A stretch of 64,000 nt of DNA from the human T2T-CHM13v2.0 reference genome, Homo sapiens: assembly GCF_009914755.1 (NCBI RefSeq), contig NC_060927.1; one strand, written 5' to 3'. Made by a program: the position numbers and the translations under genes. Under the pieces are notes generated by a model, which did no database searches, was not told the origin of the DNA, and saw only the letters and a list, made by a program, of their open reading frames with translations. Of the stretch, positions 58,256 through 64,000 are shown piece after piece (the first letter of the stretch is position 1; each line of letters starts with the position of its first letter).

Positions 58256-61200
58256 CCAGATAAGAGAAACAAACTATTTTTTTTGATGGATTGCAGTAAA
58301 CGATCACTGAAGATTCCTTGGCTTTCAACCTACAAGACTTACTATTTAAATAAGGAGGAATATTATGTGAATATACATATCAAGAACTTTGGGGGTTTTG
58401 AAAAAAATGAATTGTATATATACAAATCAACTTTAAAAACAAATTTCAATTGCTTGAAGCAATTGTTCTGAATGATACTTTTTCATTCACATTCAAGAAT
58501 TAATTTTTTGAAGATTTAAGTTACATAATGGAATTAGGCATGTGGAACACCAAACAGGAAAGAACTATGTCTGAAATATAAAAAATAAAAATAAAAAAAC
58601 AACTATGAATATGCACAAGGGACACACCAGTGGAATGTCAGATAATTTTCACCAGTTTTTATTTGGAGCCGTTTTATTGTGTAGACCATATTTACATATT
58701 TGGATAAGTACACAAAGCGTCAATGCTGTTAATGGCCTTAGCAAAGGCTCATGCTGAAATTTGCCAGTAAAACAAAGAAGTTTAAAGACTGGCAGGTACA
58801 CCATTATCACATAAGTGCTGTCAGTATAAAGTTGTGGGGATAAAGGAAACTGGATATTTTTAGCACGATGTGCATGATAATTTATATGCTTGGTGGCTGT
58901 GCTGCTGATTAAGCCGTAATTAAAATTCTTCTCATCCCATTGGAGTTTTTAATAGAAGCTTCCTCCATCAATTGGCAGAACCTAAAGAAGATTTTAAGGG
59001 GCAAAAGTAATTACAATAAAATAATTCACAGTAGTTTCAATATAGAAGGAATTAGCTATTAAAGGTATTTGAAGAAACTATAGGTATAGTGGTGAATACT
59101 CGCTGATATGAATCCCAGAAAAAAATTTCCTGTTTTTAATGTTCTTTTCAATCCCATCTAGATAATTTATAGAAATATAACCCTAATTGGACATGTGGTA
59201 CAGGATCTATAAGTTGCTGTGTTTTTTTGTTACTCTGTATTTTGTTCCTTTTGGTAAGGTGAAGTGTGTCCAAAGAGTTACTTGCAACAGTCTTTCATGA
59301 TATGAGGATGCCCCCGTATTACCACTCTGATTATAGTTCTGAGTTCTTTGATTTACTCATGCTGCATGACAAAATGTTTACTAATAACAATTCATTATAA
59401 AGTTATATCCCTCTTTACATCACTTATCTTTCTCACTGAGGTTCATTCACTGGAATTTACTCACGCAATCTCAGTAGAGTACAACGTAGATACAGAACCT
59501 AGGAGAGTCAACATCTGGAGGATTTTAGTCTTTCTTACACATATGTGTGATTTTAAACGAATATTCTCAGACCACAGGAAACTCTTCATCCCCCTGTTGT
59601 TTACCAGTAACAGTATATCACAGACCTTTCCAAATGTTTGTATATGTAATCAGATGTACATTTATATTGAAAAACAAATGAGATGGACTTAAAGAGCACA
59701 TCCTGATAAATACTTTCTCTCTCACCTGTACTATATTTCTATTAGACTAAAGTTATGTGATTTTTTTTTTACATTTTTTCAGATGACTAGCAATTTTGAT
59801 AGTTTATAAGATAATGCAAAGAACTTTCTCTGACAAACTAACTGCAGTAACAGAAACCTTTCTTTTCAGTTACTCTTTTTCAAGAATGAAAGATTATTAT
59901 ACAAAAAATTGTATACTACTTGATGGAACCAACTTTGTACATCTTGGCCATGTCACTGGTCATTGTGTGAAATAAAGATAATCTGGATAATGACTATTAG
60001 TCCAATGCTAAGAAACATGATCTTTGCTCATTAAAGAGCTAAAATGTTTATTGCTGTTTTGTCTTTCTTTTTTCTAAAAAAAGAAAAAAAAGAAAAAAAG
60101 GAAAAGAAGAACAAAGAAACATGACTGTCTCAAAGAGTAATTTTTCTAGATTAGACCAGTCAGGTTTTTGAAGACATATAGGTAACTTCCACAGAAAACA
60201 CAAACATGTATTTAAAGGCAAGTCTCATCTAAGATGAAACTCATAAAAATTATTTAATGTTTGTTATGAATTTAAAAGCTCCAGAAATCCATGAAAAAAA
60301 GAAAGATTAGCTTTGTGTTGTTAAATATCTCTTAGGTACAGATGTTGTAGAAATAAAGTGCCAATTGTTTTCAGTTAGTTAGAAAAACAAGTTCCAATTC
60401 TAGTCATCAAGGAAAAGGTCTATTGAAAAGAAATTTGCAATATTTCATGGAATACAAATAACTAGGTTCATAAAATGGGGGTGATTAAACTACCATAAAG
60501 TAATGAATAGAAAGTTGCCATGCTAAGAGAATGTAAAAGTGCTGAGCAAGATATTAAACTGACACTAAAAGATAAAAATCTATTTCAAGGAATTTATGTG
60601 ATTATAATCCCCCCTCCCAATTATTATCTATCAAAGAAATGTAGGTATTCCTCCATAATTAAAAAAAAGTCTCTGTTAGAAGCAAAAGTCTTCAAAATCC
60701 AGAATGATCTACATACAGCTTTTGACTGAGGTGGTTATGCTTTTCAACTGTGAACTGCCAGTGTACACAAATACAAATAATTGTTTAGCATCTGAAGTAT
60801 TGTTCAATTGGAACACTGTATTTTACTGTATTAATTAAACAAAACACAAGAACAGAATAGAAATGACAACAAAATAAGATATGAATGAATACTTTCATAT
60901 GCATTGCTTCATTTGGCAAAACCAAACATTCTATTAAATAGTATGTTTTAACGATGGCCATATTTATATCATCTACCTACCAATCTATTGCTCTGCATTT
61001 ATCAATCTGCCTATATATAGCATAACTGTCACCCTCTTTATATTAATTTAGGAAAATGATTGAGGAAAACAAAGCATAGCCCTATTAATTATTTTCTCTA
61101 AATTAGGGTAGAATAACTTTATGGAAGATAAAGCAGCCTAGGTTTAATTGTTGTTCACCAGTCACGTGATAAAGTCATTGTGAATGAGTGTTAGTTGCTA

Positions 61201-63596
61201 GTTTTATAATTGCAGTCTCTAGTTTCTGAATGAAAAAGGATGCCCCACATTATACAGAACATTAAGAACTGTTTTTAAAGCTGAAACATAATCTTTATAT
61301 GCAAGAAAAATAAATACTGTTACTCAATTTTAGCAAATATGTTTAAAATGTATTTATTTAGATAATTTTCTTTGAAAAACAATGTAAGTAACAAAATTAA
61401 AATAATATTTTTGGCATTATTTGTTAATTCAGATTTTCCTGCCTCCGATTAAAAATTAGGCAAAGCTGCTTATAATTTATACAAAGATTACACTAAAATG
61501 AACTTTATTTCATTGTTTTGCTGTTATATAAAATTTTTACCAAATGTTTACCAAGAGATTAATGTTTTAGAGTATGAGGATAGAAAAATAAAAGTGACAG
61601 ATTTCATAGTTTTAAATCTCTACTGAACATGTTGACTATGAACAAAATCTAATTGGCTACCACAGATATATAACAAAGTTTATTACTAACTTTATGCAAA
61701 TTGGAAAATAATTTGCTAAAGCATTAAAAATGTCAGATTTGTAGACGTCTTGCTGGCAACTCAAAGCAGAAAATCTGAGTATATATTATTTTATTCCTCA
61801 TTTCAAATATAAAAGTTGACCAAAATGATGCTTTATTTCCGACTTCCTGATCTGTATGTGAAAACAGCAACATTTTTTTAAAAATTATCAAGTATATATA
61901 ATATTAAAAAGAGGAAAACAGATGGCACTAATTTTCTTACAGGAGTGAAGTGCTGAAACTAAATTGTTACATCTGTAACAACAGTTATTTCACCTCTTGC
62001 CACACTCATCCTGACATACGTATTAATATCAAAAAATGATACAAAGAATATGAGAAATGTGTTCCAGCATTAAAGACACTACTACATAGAAATTACTGGG
62101 ATTCTTTTCTTTGGCGAGTTTCACTGAAATAGTTTCACAGGATGAAATGATGAATTGAATTCTTAAGAAGCTGTCAAATATGGCAGTCTTTTGATGTTAG
62201 TAATTTTGTTTTCTTCTGTGTTATTGGTTCAAAGTACTGGCCTTTTCCTTCATTTCCAGTAATTAGTTGTTATAGACTATCACTTTTTAATGTGAGTGGA
62301 AATTAGATGATTTGGTTATACTTGTGAAAACATGCTTCCAAATAAATTCAATTAATGGGCACTTCCCTGCTGAGATTTTGTTATCATTCATTTGATTATC
62401 TTGTCAAGCTTTACTGTTACGACAAATGTTTTAGCTTTCTGGTCAATAGACTAAGGGAATTTCTCCAGTAGCCTTATACCTCTCCTGCACTTGATCTGAT
62501 AGCAACATACACTTCAAATTTCCATCAGAAGTCTCTAAAGAAATTTCCTACTGCTATGAAACATTTGGTGGCCAACTTGATTCTTTTTCATAAGCATTCT
62601 GATTTGATTTTATTCTGGCACGTTGCTGTATTTGGATGCAGGCCAGAAATCAATTCCATTTGATAAGGGTTGTGGAGAATACAGACTGGAATAACCGTGT
62701 GCAGGGCTTAAGTGCCTTTTCCTCCTGAGATTTTATTTATAAAACTTAGCTTTTTTAAATTTTCAGATTCAGATAATTCAATTTAAAGAGTACAATAGGA
62801 TGACTATATTATAAATTACCAATAAAGAAAGTTTATTTGGACATTTTTACATTTAATTTGATTTTTAAAATAATATCAGATGCATCTAAATGGCTTCTGG
62901 GAAAGACTGAGGTAAATTTTTGAAAGTGACAATTATATAGGCATCTGACTTGATGGTACTTAAGAATAAAAATTTAAATCTCTAGCAAACTTTAAAAATT
63001 GTCCAAATAGTAAGTTTAATTTGAAAGAAGTCTGAAGCTATTAGAGAAAATCATGTACTAGATAGGTATATATTTTTTTCTAGTCAGCTATTACGTACAC
63101 CACATAATATATATACCCTATATACTATATGGTTTATATAACATTTATAATGGCCCTTTCAGACCCATATACTTACAAATGACATTGTATAACTACCTAC
63201 ATATGTATTAATGTGACAGAATTTAGTCCTTTATGGAAAGTCAAACCAAATTGCTAGCAGTTTTGAGTTGAAATGAATGATAACAATTAAAGCTTTTAAG
63301 AAATTGGTAAAGGTACCGTAACAAAAACTCAGCAGATAAATTTAAAAGAGAGGGACCATTTTTGAATGCCATTTTCAGAGTTGACATCTAAACTAGATGG
63401 TGTGTTTAAAAGGATTTTAGTGGTTTTGATTCATCCTTTCTCTGCATTCATATCATTTAGCAAATTAATGGGACATATGTCATGGTTTTTGTAAAAAAGA
63501 CCATTGGGTTGTCATGATTCAGTTTGTGTTTGGACATCTATGGCTTTCATTAAAAACGTGTTTATTATCATGAATAAATATTACCATGTTTTCCAA
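58256..63596 (+). other. NLGN1: NLGN1 3' UTR (distal end inferred), with multiple alternative poly(A) signals
   Basis: AT-rich sequence after the stop with no interspersed repeat I recognise. AATAAA at 58584, 58590, 59015, 59971, 60352, 62341, 62821 and 63573; ATTAAA at 60030 and 63549. The 3' limit is inferred from the best-formed distal signal. Confidence 0.6.
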
Positions 63597-63615
63597 GTTG
63601 TGTTGACTATTTTTA
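63549..63615 (+). terminator. Candidate distal cleavage/polyadenylation site
   Basis: ATTAAA at 63549-54 and AATAAA at 63573-78. CA at about 63594, followed by GU/U-rich gttgtgttgactattttt. Confidence 0.55.
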
Positions 63616-64000
63616 AACTCAGAAATAATTTCTTCTCTATTTGTCTCACACAAAAAGGTTACTAAGATAAGTGTTTTCTTACAAAGTCTTTGTATTGCTT
63701 CCACACTGCTGACAGTTCTGACTTGATAGAAACAATGACATTTTATGATCTTTTCACCTCTTGGTGAATGCAGGGCAAGAATTTAGAGAATAGATTTGGG
63801 GAGCTGGACACAACTTTTCAGAAAAGAGAGAGGAAAGTGGGAGAAGGAAAAAGAAAAGAATGGAAAAAGGAGGAAGTGAGAGAGAACAAAAAGGAAGAAA
63901 AACTTCTCAATTTTAAATTAATGACTTTTTGCATCCAAATAGTGCTTTAAATAGAGATGTGTGACAGTTTTTTAAAAAGAAGGGCAAAGGAATTTAAATA

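Overview
This is primate, almost certainly human, genomic DNA covering the 3' end of the neuroligin-1 gene (NLGN1) on the + strand. Bases 1-52266 are the AT-rich tail of a very large intron. Three coding exons follow: 52267-52479 (with alternative donors for splice insert B), 55813-56602 and 57433-58255 (stop TAG). A long, repeat-poor 3' UTR with several poly(A) signals comes after that. The intron holds about 12 Alus, a nested cluster of ERV LTRs including a HERV-H LTR7 solo LTR, MER1A and MADE1 DNA-transposon relics, and a full-length but ORF-disrupted L1PA2-like LINE-1 inserted antisense. I found no convincing new protein-coding system. The most interesting signals are: (i) the L1 antisense promoter points into the remaining NLGN1 exons with phase-compatible splice donors; (ii) a textbook recursive-splice-site motif and several candidate poison exons lie in the intron; (iii) an in-frame stop plus AATAAA lies just past the last donor; (iv) three local duplication/fold-back scars cluster within about 15 kb. 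Repeat subfamily names come from remembered consensus sequences, not from a database search.
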